A stretch of DNA of 64,000 bases from Curvularia clavata. Its lineage: Eukaryota. The stretch covers positions 1,550,001-1,614,000 of the forward strand of contig CP089280.1 of assembly GCA_023920165.1 (NCBI GenBank), in the 5' to 3' direction. This document shows positions 1 through 13,336 of the stretch, in pieces. The notes below the pieces were generated by a model. It ran no database searches. It had not been told where the DNA came from and saw only the letters and a program-made list of their open reading frames with translations. A program made the translations under genes and the position numbers. The first letter of the stretch is position 1; each line of letters starts with the position of its first letter.

Positions 1-288
1 GCCATAAGGAAGCGTGGGAAAGCGAATGCGAGCTCCACCTCGTCGCCGATGCTGTCTCGTTATGCATAGGCCGGGATCCAAGAGGGCATAGCCTGTGTGC
101 TCATCCCTGCGCGCAAAGAGGCCACGCTCCACCAACTCCCGCGTCCCTCCACGTCGCATTCGCATTCTCGACTCAATCGACGGTCTGACGACACGTCGAG
201 AAGGTCCGTCGCCCGTTACACTGCTGTCATCGAGCGGTCAAGTGTCGCAGCCCAAGGCCCCAGCCACTGGCTGACCTGCTCCCCTCCA

Positions 289-2153
289 ATGCCACGCCTC
301 GGGCACAAAAAGTCCGTACTCTACTTCCCCACCCGTCCATTCGTCACCCGCACACACACCAATAACCTCACCCCGTTTCAACGTCCTGGCCATACCGGGG
401 CCTTTATTGGCAGCGGCGTACGCTAAATGTGCTTGACAGGTCACGACTGGGCTGCAGACAGTGCAAGGCTCGCCATGTGAAGGTACACCCGCCAGGCCAC
501 CACCGGGCGCACAAGACCCTGTCCATCCAAGACAACTGCTGAGCCATCGACAGTGTGACGAACTCAAACCATGCTCCAACTGCGCCCGCCATGGCGTCCC
601 GTGTAGTCTGGTTACATGGGATCCCACAACCCCCCAACCCTCCTCTCTCTCGGCATCTTCCGCCTCGACCAGTGCGCCTCGACGCACCAACCACTCGCCC
701 TCTGAACGACACATAGCCGTACGATCCGACCCGTCCGTCTAAAGCTACCTCTGCTGACTGGCCCATAGGCTTCTTCGTCATCTGCAACGCCTCCCTCTCG
801 TCTGGAAGCCCATTCTACCCAGCCCAGCACTATATCAGAAGGCTCCTCTCCAGAGTCCTCGGCCGATCAGTATCCATTTCTGTCAAGGTTTATCCATCGC
901 ACCGAGGCCCCCCAAGCAGACCTTTGGTTGCGTGACCTGGAGCTCTTGTAAGAGAAGCCTTTGCCCCGGCCCGGATCAAGCAACGCAGACTCACCGCTTG
1001 CAGGCATATTTGGACCACTGAGGCCTACGATGAGTTGTCACATCGAAATGATATTCGCCGCATGTGGCGAATTGACGCTCCAAAACATGCCGTGACCCAT
1101 CCCTACTTCATGCATGAGATGTTGGCTTTTGCTGCCTTTCACATGGTCCACAAGACGCAGAATGAGCTACGCCAAGAGTATTATACATTTGGTGTGCATC
1201 ATCAAGATTGTGCCATCAGAGGGCTGCGAAGGAACATCGCTACCATCACACCACAGGAAGCCCCTTCTATAATAGCTACCTCAACCCTGCTCACTCTCAG
1301 CGTGTTTGCCTCGACGGGCTTCGACGCCGAGTGGGCTCCGCCAGATTCAGCACCGTGTGCCATTGATGGCCTCCTCAACTGCTTTTATCTTGCACAGGGT
1401 ATGGGCAATGTCCTCGCACTTGCACAATCCTTCATCAAAGACTCGTTTCTCGGGCCCTTGTATCGAGACCCACCCGAGGTGACTCCTTCACAACCACTGC
1501 TGACAGAACTGATGCTACAAACCCCTTCATTGACCGAGTACATCCGAAACAAACAGGACTTGCCCGAGAATGAGAGAGCAATATATCTCACTACGGTGGC
1601 ATGTTTCGATCCCTGTCTCAGCATCTCACTACCTCCCAAGGTTGATAACCGGGAGTTACGTTTCTTAATGTTCTGGCCATTACATCTCAGTGCAGACTAC
1701 ATGAGTCTTCTGCAACAACGACGACCGGGCGCGCTTGTTATTCTCATGTACTATTCCACCGTTCTTCTCGCTGCTGAGCCACGATATTGGTTCATGAATA
1801 ATTGGGGCCAACGAGTGCTCAAGGCATGCCACAATCTCATCGATCAAAGCTGGGTCCATGCCATACAATGGCCGCTCTCATTCCTCAACTCAGATGATAC
1901 ATTCGACCTGTTCACACACCTCGTGCGGCGCCAGGATAGCGCTTCATCATCAGGAGGAGCATTCTATCCGCAGCGGCTCGCAGCCGAGATACCTCATCGA
2001 GATACGCCGCCCGCACAATCCACATCCAGTGCGGTGCCAACCCGTACATCCCCTCCACGCGAGTTTGCACTAAAACTAGGGGGTCCAGGCGAGATACCAG
2101 TCGTTCAGATGGGCAGCAGTACTGGACCAGCACCCTCCACAGACTCCGAGTAG
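289..2153 (+). CDS. Zn(II)2Cys6 fungal transcription factor (Upc2/sterol-regulator-like architecture), 5 exons
   Basis: Splicing introns ~312-439, 483-553, 719-768 and 948-1002 gives MPRLGHKKSRLGCRQCKARHVKCDELKPCSNCARHGVPC (complete C6 binuclear cluster), then a fungal TF C-terminal domain (DLELL..W..EA, HPYFMHEMLAFAAFH) in ORF 1035..2153. Confidence 0.9.
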
Positions 2154-3795
2154 GTGCACCCACAGCATAATACCAATTCACGTTATACCACGAATGCATA
2201 GCATGTACCAAAAATCCTGTAGGCGGGCTGTGCCATGTTAGGGCCTCAAATAATACATCATATGTGAGTCCAGTGGCGGACGAGCAATATTTCAATGGTA
2301 CGAAAGCTTTGGACACATTCTTACCTGATGTTGCTCCTTGGGCATCCTCATTTGCACCGGCTATTTCATTGATCAGGCTGAAGTACTCGCCGACGATTGT
2401 CAACATCATTGCGGCACGATACTAGGTATATGGTTTCCATTTCTTTCCTTCGAACATCTTTATCTCGAGGCAATCCATGTCACTTCGTAATCTTTCATGG
2501 TTGATAAACACATATATATCTGGGTTTATTGGAGTGTGTTTCCGTCACCCTCGCACTTGTATGAGAAAACAGGTCTCGATCGTTTGCACACTCCTCGGCG
2601 TCTCACGTCGCGTGGCTTGCCCCATATATGCGCCAAGACGGTTGTTCTTGCCAGGTTGTTACCAGGGGCATGACAATTCCAGTTTGTACCCATGTACCCA
2701 TCCGCGGACCGTCGACCCAGTGATTTACAATACATACATGCCAAAGTCCCCTATGAGGCAGGTCAACATATACGCCTAGCTCTGTCGTATCTCAACAATA
2801 ATTCCTCTTGACATCACTCTCATAATATATCATTTGTTCATACCACGGCAACGGTTGCTTCACGTGACTGAATTATGCACGCTACGTCGAACGTCCTTGG
2901 CCAAACAAGACGCTCCAAGCTGGATTCGATCGCTGTAATCTAATTGTCAATAAACCCCTCCCAGCCCCCTCTACCGTACCAGCCTATCGGTAGTCCTCCT
3001 GAACCCCCACTTCTTTTCTGCTGCACACCATCGATGCAGTTTCCTTCCACCGCGTCGCGTATGTATGCATGGACAGCAAATGTCATGCATTGCAACACTG
3101 CATCCCTGTTAGATGCTACTTCGACAATGCCATGGTGCCTAGATCGGTGAAGGTAGAAATCAGATGGGCATTTAGAACAGAGAGCTCTCTGGTGGAGAAT
3201 GGGCTAGACTAGATTTTATGCATTGTTCGTGCTGCTTCCATTGACTCTGGGCGCAGAGGCATATCGACCCTCGACAACACTTGAGTTGGTGGTGTGAGTG
3301 CGCTAGGTGGTGAGTCATGAAGAGATGGGAGTACAAGTGCCAGCCTTAAGGATCATTTTTTGTCTCAGTGTCATTGGGACATTGTGTATAGAGATGGCTG
3401 ATGGCGCAAAAGATTTCCTGTTGCGTTGCTGAGGTGGCAAATATGGGTTTTAGACGATCGGTGAAGAGCAGAAGTGGGCATGGGATGCTGAAACGAGCGG
3501 TTTTCCTCCAATAGATTGGTGGTGCGCGAGCAAATTTAGGATAGTATGATGTGAGAACATGGACTAGGACATTGTCTTTTTGTCATGTAATGGAAGATAA
3601 TTGTATGATGTTTGCATGCGACGACAAGTAGGAGAGTTGGGGACAATGATAATATATTACTGTTAGGAAAACATATAAGTTGGTATCTCGATTGTTCTCG
3701 AACATGTAGCGTGAAATAGAGTTCAAAAGAAAGTCGATTTTATCCTCGAAATCCCGGCTTGTGGACTAGTTCGGCTTGTTCTCAACTGTATTACA

Positions 3796-6269
3796 TCATG
3801 GAGACATTGGTCGCGTCACGTCCTCTCCATTTCTCGCCCAGCGCTCTAATTCTTCTGGTGTCGGTTGCGACACGGCTGTTCCCTCAGTTTGAACCGAAGT
3901 GTCGCTGAGTCCTCTGGCATGCGGCGGTCGTCCTTCGGCAGCTGACTGCTCTCTAGATCGTGGCTTTCCTTCTAGCGTGCCTGTTTTCATGCCAGCTGCT
4001 TCATCCGTGGTGGCCGGTGAACTGGGCCCTGCTGCCGTTCCGTCGGCATCCGTGCCGTTTTTTGGATCAGCTATCCGATCGTTGGCTAGCACTGCATCGA
4101 TGTTGGTACCGAGCGAGCTGTCACTTGGACTGTGGCTGTGTGTAGGCTTTTGAGCTTGCGACGGTGCATTTGCAGGTGCCTCGTAGAATACGTGTTCTCC
4201 AGGCAGTTCAGCAATAGGCGTGTGTGGTGTGCTCATGCCTGGTGAACGCCGTTCTCCCGTGTCCTGCCGTCTCGACCCACCAACAGCAAAGTAATCTGCA
4301 CCGTCTTGACCTTCAGGCGGAGGGCTGTAAAGCTCTGCGGGAGTGCTGTCCGGTGACATCTCGCTGATAGTGGTACAATCTGCGCCGTAGTAACCCAGAC
4401 TGGAGTCTTTTGGGGACTGTGGGCCTTCAGATCCAGTAAGTTCTGAGACGCGACGGTGCTTAATCTCCATGCCAGCATGCGTGGTATCGATTTCAGAGGG
4501 CTTTTCGCTGCTCAGTTCGCGTTTCGCCTGGTTACGGCGTTTCCTCCACCAGAGGAATGCACCAATAGCGACGAGTGAGAGGACTATAACGATTGCCACA
4601 ACGATCCCTACCACTGCACCAGTAGGAAGTCCTCCTTCTGAATCATTTTCTGGAGTCTGAGGCAGTCCAGTGTATGACTGGTTAAATATGGTAACCAGGC
4701 TGGGAGTAGGCATGGGATCAGCGAATGTTGCTGGCGCTACTGTAAAGTTCGACCTTTCATAGTCGACGATAATATATGCCTCTTGCAAAAACGTGCGACC
4801 TAACACGTACATGCCGTTTTTCGATTTTTTGATAGGAAAATACTGAATCCCATCCTGGGAAACAGGGAGAGGAAAGCTTGCCTGTTGGTCGAAAGCTGCA
4901 TATGGGAGGACAATAGACGTGAAAATATCGCTATCAGAAGCGCCTGCACCAATTTTGAAAGAAACGGTGGCATTCTGACGCTGGTTTTGCTCATGGGCAG
5001 TGGAATTGACGAGGAACAGCTGGCTATCTTTGTCAAATTCCAGGCCGAACCTGGATACAAACTCGTCACAGACTTGATCCGGGAGAATGAGATATGGAAG
5101 CGTAGAGTCAATTGTTGCCGAGAACCCTCCGCTTGGTGTCAAAGAATTCGTATTTGTTTCGATGTTTTGGTTCATGGCGTAGAGAATCGACTGGACTCCG
5201 ACAGCAAGCGTATTGTTTCTGTTGTTCGGCATGCGTATTGACGTGCCTTGTGCAGTTAGGCGCGACTTGTCGTATCCGCCCAGAACCAGACTTCCCGGAA
5301 CTCCATTGTTGTTGTTTCCTATGTTCTGTTAGCCCATCTCAAGGGACGTATTACCAAGCCGTAACTAGCCGATAACATCAAAAAGCAGACTTGCATTGAT
5401 ACATGACCTTAATCGAAAGACTGGAAATCAATACTTACTATAGTAGGCACCAGCGGTATATCCATATGAACGACTTGCGATCTGGTTCGCAGCATAGAAA
5501 TTATCGATGAAATTCGGTTTATCCCCACCAGGCGGACCGACTGATCCTGCAGCGAGACCAAAAGACCCCATAAAGAAATCCTTCACTAAGGTCTTCACAA
5601 CATACTGTTCAGCCAGTACATCACTCTTCGGAGAGCTGGGCCCCAAGCCAATGTTGTCGACTCCCCACACACCGGTCGAGTTACTCTGGTCAATCCTATA
5701 GTCGTTACTCCACCAGGGTGGCATGGGTATATTGTAAAGATTGTCAACTTTCCACTGAGCTGAGTCCTGTAGGCCAAGAGGTTGCTGTCCACCATAAATT
5801 TCAAGTCCGCGCCTCTTAGCGCACTCCTCGTTCTCACACCATTCAGTTTGTCCAGGGACACGGGTGACTGGTGATGAGGTAGAGATGAGAACTCTGAAGT
5901 TCTGGCCTTTTCCTGTGCCATCGTCTCCTATGTTAATTAAAAATGTTGACCATTTTCCGTCGTTGCCATCAAATTGTCCACTGTCGCTGAGGACATAAGG
6001 GGCTGGTGGCAGTGGGAGCGGCTCTTCGCGTTTCCTAAAATTCATCACTGAAAGTGGCATCACAAGTCCATGCGCAGATCGGGGGACAAGGAACTGATAA
6101 CTAGAGCTTACAGGTAGAGGAAGCCACACTGTGCAAGGCCACCAACAGAGTGTCAGCTTTTTTACCTCAGTAGTAGCAGCCTCGTGCGTAGCGTCGAATC
6201 GAGATTACGCATGGCGTTCCAGATGACATATCCAAGCGTCCAATAAATATTGGGAAGCTCTTCCTGCAT
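3796..6269 (-). CDS. Pepsin-family (A1) aspartic protease homologue with C-terminal transmembrane helix and cytoplasmic tail, 3 exons
   Basis: A1 motifs GSLVLGGYDKSR, ATIDSTLPYL and VLGRTFLQEAYIIVDYERSNF. TM segment AVVGIVVAIVIVLSLVAIGAFLWW followed by RKRR. Introns ~6208-6129 and ~5438-5319 join the ORFs in frame. The start at 6269 is inferred. Confidence 0.85.
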
Positions 6270-7886
6270 TGCCACTGCTAAGGCAGTGAATCATCGATCC
6301 GTCTGGCCGTCTCAAGCCCATTCACTTTCACAGGGTAACTGATGTCTGTGCTTTACGCGGGGTTGTGGCACGGTACCAGCAAAAAGTACTATGAGGTCGC
6401 CTAGTGCATCTGAGAATCAAAATATCACTCGACGTGGCGGTACCGACGAGAGGGTACGGTTGAATATCGGTTATTGGGCTTCCTGTTGGGGAGAAGCTAT
6501 AAAGAAGACTCGCGGGCATGCCTAGAGACTACCTAACACTCATACGAGTTGTATACGAGCAACGTATTCATATGGGTGAACAAGTACCTCTTGTGTGAGG
6601 AATATGTGTAGGTAGATGACCCGCGGGAGGCTTTAGACAGTTACTCAATGCGGATGCTCAAGCCGTCCCATCTTCCTTCGCAGCGGCGGCTAAGGCCGCA
6701 ATTGCGCTAGGTAGCCCCACTCTCCCGTTCCGCACAGACTTCAGTTCTCACGTGCATGCGCCTCATCTGACATTGTATAGTACTTTGCAAGGTACCTCGC
6801 TCATGACTTTGCTGCTGCCATCTATGATATTATCAACCTACGGGCATAATTCCATGAATTACTGCAAAATCTTCATTCTGGTCAGCCAGTCTGAATGCGG
6901 TATTTGGGAAAAGACACCAACCGATCTGTGGAAGGGCGGCCCTTATTCTTTGTTGTATCTCACCATGGCTTTTGACCCCTGTTAGACTCGCTGGCGGCAA
7001 GGTGCATTTCATTCATGATGAGTTGCAGATCACTATTCCAGTTATGGCACGCGGCTAACTTCATGCGGCTTCAATATCGTTTGTGTCAGCGTTCGCTATG
7101 TAGTGCGTCTACAGCTCAGCCTCGAAGGTCATCGTTGGATGCCTTGCCGTACAGTATTCTCTGCCATTGTCTTCATAGTGTGGGTCAGGCGTGTCATGAA
7201 ATACTGAACTGCCATTTATGAATGTCGCGATCTTAATATGCGCCCCTGTCAGGAATAGTGGTGGCTTTACACCGTGCGGTAGTACCAACTGTGATCATGA
7301 AAAGGAATTTGATCAGTTCAGAACGGATCCAGTATTGCACTCACCACCTGCGTGTCAACGAGTAGCAGACTGCGTCGATAACCTTTGTTTTTCGCTTCGA
7401 TACTTGACTCTCATTTTTGTGTTTGCTCACCCTAGCACGCAGGCTCACCGGCCGAGCTCGTGCAACACCAACCTCTCCATTACAGGCGTATTCTCTCGTC
7501 ATATGCAGGTGCATGCCCTCACCATATGCAGGACGCCTGCTAGCTTCGTCATCTTCATATACTGATCCTTCGCTACCAGCCTCTTTCGTCTGCCAGCATC
7601 CGGCCAACATTCTGTAGCAAGGTACGAAAAGTCTCGATTGGTCTACGATTTCCCCTCCGTTGTATGTGGCCCTCCTGTATTTCATAGCCGGTATTTTTCC
7701 GTAGCTATTTATGAATGTCCTAACTTATCAGCCTTGCACCAGCGCCACACTCCTAGAGCTCTGTTATTTTGTTGGTCGTGCGCATAGCCGTCTTGTTTAG
7801 GTCCTTTATACTACTCACCTGACGCATAAATCTGGTGTCGAGCCAGTTGTCACTCATTCAGCTAAGCTCCCGGTCTTTTCTCCAAA

Positions 7887-10800
7887 ATGCGCAATTGCTG
7901 GCTACTCCTGCTGGCGCTGACGAGCATAGCTTATGCAAAGAACAACGATACGACACTAGGCACCCAGATACCAACATCTGCCTCTCCATCGCCTAAGCTT
8001 TCTGAACAAGTAATTCAGGCACAGGATTACGGGCAACCTGTGGGTACATGCAAGACTACTAGCACGATATACGAGTATGGGCCGCCTTCTACGTCTACGA
8101 TTAAGGTCACAGTCACATCTCCGCAAACCTGTCCAAAGCCCGTTCCTAGCACATCGACCAAGACTATTACTACAACTATCACCCCTTCCAGGGGATATGA
8201 ACCTCTTCCCCCACCAATAACAGTCACTGTCACAAAGACAACAAGTGTGGGTAATGGTGGTGGATATGGTGTGCCACCAGTCACCATTACGACCACTTCG
8301 TACGGGTCTTGCCCTGTTCGCCCTCCAGTGACTATCACCGATATACGAAGTTATACTACAACGAAGGTATGCCTCATATCCAGGATATCCGGACGTATTT
8401 GCTGACCTGAAAAGACGGAACAGAAAGTCATCACGAAGCCAGGCGTCAATTTCACTGAGGTAATTGGTTGAGCTCACATGTCTCCGTCAACTCCTGCTTA
8501 CATTCATTAAAGACGTCGACATACACATTCACTGAGCAGATCCCCGGGCCAACAATAACAATGAATAAAACTCTAACTGAGCTGACAACTACGGTTTGTT
8601 CTGTAACATCCTTTGCATGCATGTTAGCTAATGCGGGTAGACATTCATTTCAACACTTGTAACGGTATGCGATTTCGGTTTTCTATTAATACACTCGTAT
8701 CTTTCAAGCCTCCTATCGACATCTCCTCTTATTTTTTGCATATATTGCTTGATGGAGATGAGAAAACAACTCGTTATCCATTTCAGTTTTCTTGAAGTTG
8801 GCTGACAGACTTCCAGCTCGTCCCGACCACTGAACTCAGCTACATTCCGACAACCGAATACACTACTGTACCGGTAACCACGACTGATATAGACACTACG
8901 ACTGAGACCTTTATATCTGCAACCACTGATATTTTGACTTCTATATACACTTCGGTGAGTTAGGTTCGGTTGCTTACAACAGCGCTTGATAACACTAACA
9001 TGTTTGACTTGTCCAGATCACCACATTTTCCACGACCCTTTATGAAACAGCAACCGTAACATGTAAGTCGGTATCCCCAAATGATTTTCTGCAGCAGTTC
9101 AACTGCGATCTGTTGGAAATCATTCAACCCCAACGCTGAATATCGAGAGTACCGGAAGGCAACTGAATGTTCCAATTTTACCCCACGAACTGCTCATTAC
9201 TCTGTCGAGGATCAATCTGTATGAAACTAACAATATGCAGTGCCTGGAACAACGATGATCAGCACCTCAATAGTGGTCTCGCAAACAACTGCAACACTTA
9301 CACTGACTGACTTCATCCCTGTAACACAAACCGTACCAGGTCCGACTAAATCAGTTCCAGGTCCCACCGAGACTACCATTTTGACTGTCTCTGTACCTGG
9401 TCCGATTGAGACTGTTATCAGCGTCGAGCCAACCACGACCACGCAAACTATCAGCACGACGGAAACTTCCTGGACCACCAGCATCTCCACATCAGTTTCT
9501 ATATCAACTACGACTGAATTGATCCCTACTACGATAACACGTAGGTAATCTAGCGCCAATGTCGACTCGGAAAAACCTAACTTTTGGCAGTTCCTGATAC
9601 GACTAGCATCAGCACCGAGACTGTCGTCTCAGAGATATTGGTCACATCCACCTTCACGCTGCAGGTTCCACAAACAGTTATTGTTGTCTCTGAACAGACA
9701 ATTGAGATTCCAGGACCTACAAAAGAAGTTACAATTTCGGGACCGACCCAAGAGATAACAGTGCCCGGCCCAACTCGAACAATGGAAACAACTCGGACAG
9801 TCGTAGAGACTTTGACAGAAGTATCAACTCAACTCAGCACCTTGACGTTACCACCTCAGGTTGTGGTCACCACAACAACACTGCCTGGCGTCATTTCTAC
9901 GGTCACAACTGAGCTCCCTCCAATTACTACGGTTTCTACGATAGTATCGACTCTGACTATTCCGCCAACAACCGTGACCTCAGTATCAACATTGCCACCA
10001 ATGACCATCACAGAGACATTTACGCAGCCAGGACAGATTGCAACATCTACCCTCACGCTTCCTGGAAGCCTTTCGACCGTCACTACGCAATTGCCGCCAA
10101 GTACAGTTCTTTCTACGATTACTCAGCCAGCTGTGACATCCACCATCATAAGCGAGGTTCCAGGCAGTGTTACAACAAGCACGGTCCTTTCGACGGTGAC
10201 TTTACCAGCTTCTACTATTTTAAGCACTGTTTCGCTTCCAAGCTCGACGTTGGTGTCAACTGTGACCCTGCCAGCTGAGACCACTGTCTCTACTGTATTG
10301 GTAACGCAGTCGTTCATCACTACTCAAACACTGCCGACCACCATAACCAAGACGCTGACTCCGTCCCTGTCTTCTTCTCCGACTCCCTCTTTGCCTTCTC
10401 CTTCTCCGACATCCGTGTCTTGTTCCAGTGGATGTCAAATCGATGTGACGGCGATGCGACTGGGCTATCCAGGAACAGTCGTCATCTCCACTACGTCGTT
10501 ACCTGTCGTTACTCTCGACATCTATACGAATGCAGCTGGGGAGGACGTCAGCTCGACAATCTACACGAATGAGCTACCGCCACCCAGTCAAACCATTACG
10601 TGGGACTATTCTGGTGTACCTTTGACGTGGCCCACTGTCTATGCAGCCTATGCTACTTTCAGTCATATCGAAGTCGAGCCCATCGGCTCAGAGTGCGTCA
10701 GCGAGACATCAACGCTATCGCTACCGGTTCCTACAGCTTGGCCACCCCTTATCGTAGTGGAGAGCGAGATACCGGAGCCCAGGTCATCAGTACCACCTAC

Positions 10801-11536
10801 CGTGGTCAATTATTTGAACACACTCCCCACTATTATCCAACAGCTTGGTCAGCCGATAGGCGCTGGTGCGTGCGACCCAATTGTAGGAACCACTGCTGAG
10901 CCCGATACTTTAACACGTGGCTCGACAACCTACCTGTCAAGGGTCGCTGCGGCCACTACAATTATCCGCCATCTACCAATAGCCGAAAGTGCTGTACTGT
11001 CATTGACGTCTGAAGCTCCATCAAGTACAGCTATAGAGCCCACGTCCACTGCTGTTCCTACTAGCTCGCCACCACCTCCATCGTCTAGCCCAAGTATGCT
11101 TCCTCCATCCTCACCACCTTCCAGCGCAATTCCAGAGCCAACCGACGCGACGCCCGCGACGCCGTCAAGCTCCTCTCGGCCAGAATCTATTGCAGCACCG
11201 ACAATCGTCTCGCCTCCGTCAAGCAGCTCCGCTGACTCTGTGTCTCAAGGTCCTCTGTCTTCGCCATCTGCTTCGGGAACGTCGGATGCCACAAGCATTC
11301 TTTCTTCTCCTTCATCCGAACAAGAAGCACCTTCCTCTTCCGCCCCTCTTTCACCCCCGGCCGCCCTACCCAGCGGCACATCTACTCGACCAAGCACTAC
11401 TACTGAAGACTACTCAGTTTCCGCAGTGCAACCTTCCGGGTTACCTTCAGAGTACACTGGCGGCGCTGCGTTACCAACGGGGCAGATTGCTGGGTTCCTG
11501 ATTGGTGCTGCGGGCTTAGGTCTAGGTCTGTTGTGA
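7887..11536 (+). CDS. Secreted Thr/Ser/Pro-rich mucin-like cell-wall protein, probably GPI-anchored, about 8 exons
   Basis: Signal peptide MRNCWLLLLALTSIAYA. Thr-rich repeats (TVTLP, PGPT) in ORFs 7887, 9240 and 9584, linked by short GT-AG introns. Hydrophobic C-terminus GAALPTGQIAGFLIGAAGLGLGLL. Confidence 0.8.
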
Positions 11537-11836
11537 GTGTAAAGAGGTACATGGGACAGGGATACGATCTTAATTTTGAATATCTCTTTGTTTTTTATGG
11601 CGTCAGAAGTTGTCGTTGTAGTGATATGAGTGTGTAATGGTAATTTTGGTGCGTATGCCATGTACTTAAGGGAGATTTCAGTAATGTTTGGTGCCGCTAA
11701 GTGTTCGACTTATCGATACGCTACCATTGAGTTAAGTCTGTGTGATGTCGAGGGCAGCTGTTTGCACAGTCGTCAATACTAGCACATGGTTTGCAAGGTC
11801 AGTTTTGTCTTTGGGGGTTTGCGATCATTCAGAAGC

Positions 11837-13041
11837 TCATAGCTTCCGTCGACTATATGCCCAGTAAGCCTTCATCGGCAATTTCCAATCCACCTTCCTT
11901 AGCGCTGGATCAAAGATGTTAAAGTCGACTCCCTGCAATCTATCTAGCCAACCCTGCGTCGCAATACTAGGCATAAACACTCCAAATGCCTGTTCCACTT
12001 CTGCTAGCTGCGTCTCCTGCCCTGCATTCATCTGTTGGGCACTATACTGATGGTCCTCCTCATGCTGGTGTTCAAAGTCATGACCAAGCGTGCCTTCGGA
12101 GCGCAACTTGGAAAGCATTTCTCGCGCAGTGATGAGGTGGTCATTTGCGCGTGTAGCCACCGTGAAGACGGCGTCACGAAGACCAGGGGCAGAGCCACCT
12201 TGTCGGAACACATCTTCTTCACGGACGGAGGCTTCGGCCATGACATCCAAGGGAAGGAGGACGGCGCCCTGGGTCGGTCCGGATTGGCCGGTCATAGAGT
12301 TGCTGGTTCCAAGTGGCTGTTGTGGTGGAAATGCAATCAGAGGAATACCACGTAGCACTGCAGTAATACCCATGGCCTTGCCAATGTGTGAAGCAATGTG
12401 GTCGGTCGTGAGAGACGCTTGCGGCAACGCAGAAAGCGTCAGGTATAGCATGGTCGAGTAGGTATTCTCCGCATAGCTCTCCAACGCACTGAGGTTGGGA
12501 TACGGTGGGTTTCCTAGATACTGTTCTCGCGTATTGATGATGCGGTGGAACCAGTTTTTGCTTAACCGTGCCTTGCCTCCAGATCGCTCGTGCAGGCTCT
12601 CAGCTGCTTGCGCCAGCAGTATCGCCACTGGTTCTTTTGGCGGGGTTCCGGCCAATGCTTTGGTGACAGTATCTCGCCAGAATTGCATGCGCATCATGCC
12701 AATGGTGGGTGTGCTGGTAGTATCAGCAACACGGGCAACATCGACATTGAAGGCGCGGATGGCGAGATAAGCATCGCGAGAGGACTGCGGTATGAAAGTT
12801 TGCAGGATATGGGAGGGTGCATCGTAGGTTCTGCAGGTGGTCAACCAAACGCCGATATGTAGCAATGCAGATGCGGTCACCTGACTAAGTTTGCGCAATA
12901 GGCACGAGCCTTTGCTACTTCATCTTCTGAAGGCCTCGCGGCACTGTTGAGGCGCGGGGAAGCGTGAAGTAACCTCCTTTGTGGTCTTGACAAGTGCTGT
13001 ATGCGCCGCAAGGGAGCTGACCGGAGCCTCGGTGGTGGCAT
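11837..13041 (-). CDS. NDUFAF6: Squalene/phytoene-synthase-like protein, NDUFAF6-type complex I assembly factor
   Basis: Arg-rich mitochondrial presequence (MPPPRLRSAPLRR). Motifs YLAIRAFNVDVARV, MRMQFWRD, LESYAENTYS and HIGKAMGI. One intron near 12882-12831. Confidence 0.85.
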
Positions 13042-13336
13042 TGAAACTTTTTTACAGTAATTGAAAACTATGATACACAAATGGACATTGCGCGCTGCGG
13101 GCAACTTGAATACAAAGAATTTGTTTGTGCCACAAGCACAAGATGAGACAGCAAATCTTGTGCTAGACCGAATAATTGTTTGAAGTAAGGCACAAAGGGT
13201 CGAAGGCGACTGGTTGGTATGTATGACGCTACAATGTCGATCACCCGCACGTTAGGCCATGTGGGTTCGTGAAAGCGCGTCGACGCGTCTAATTACTTTC
13301 GGAGGCGACAAAGCACCCGCCAACATCACCATCACG

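Noticed and set aside
11837..13041. Phytoene/squalene synthase as core of a terpene cluster with the TF or methyltransferase
   Set aside because: The mitochondrial presequence and motifs fit NDUFAF6, the neighbours are housekeeping genes and no tailoring enzymes are adjacent.
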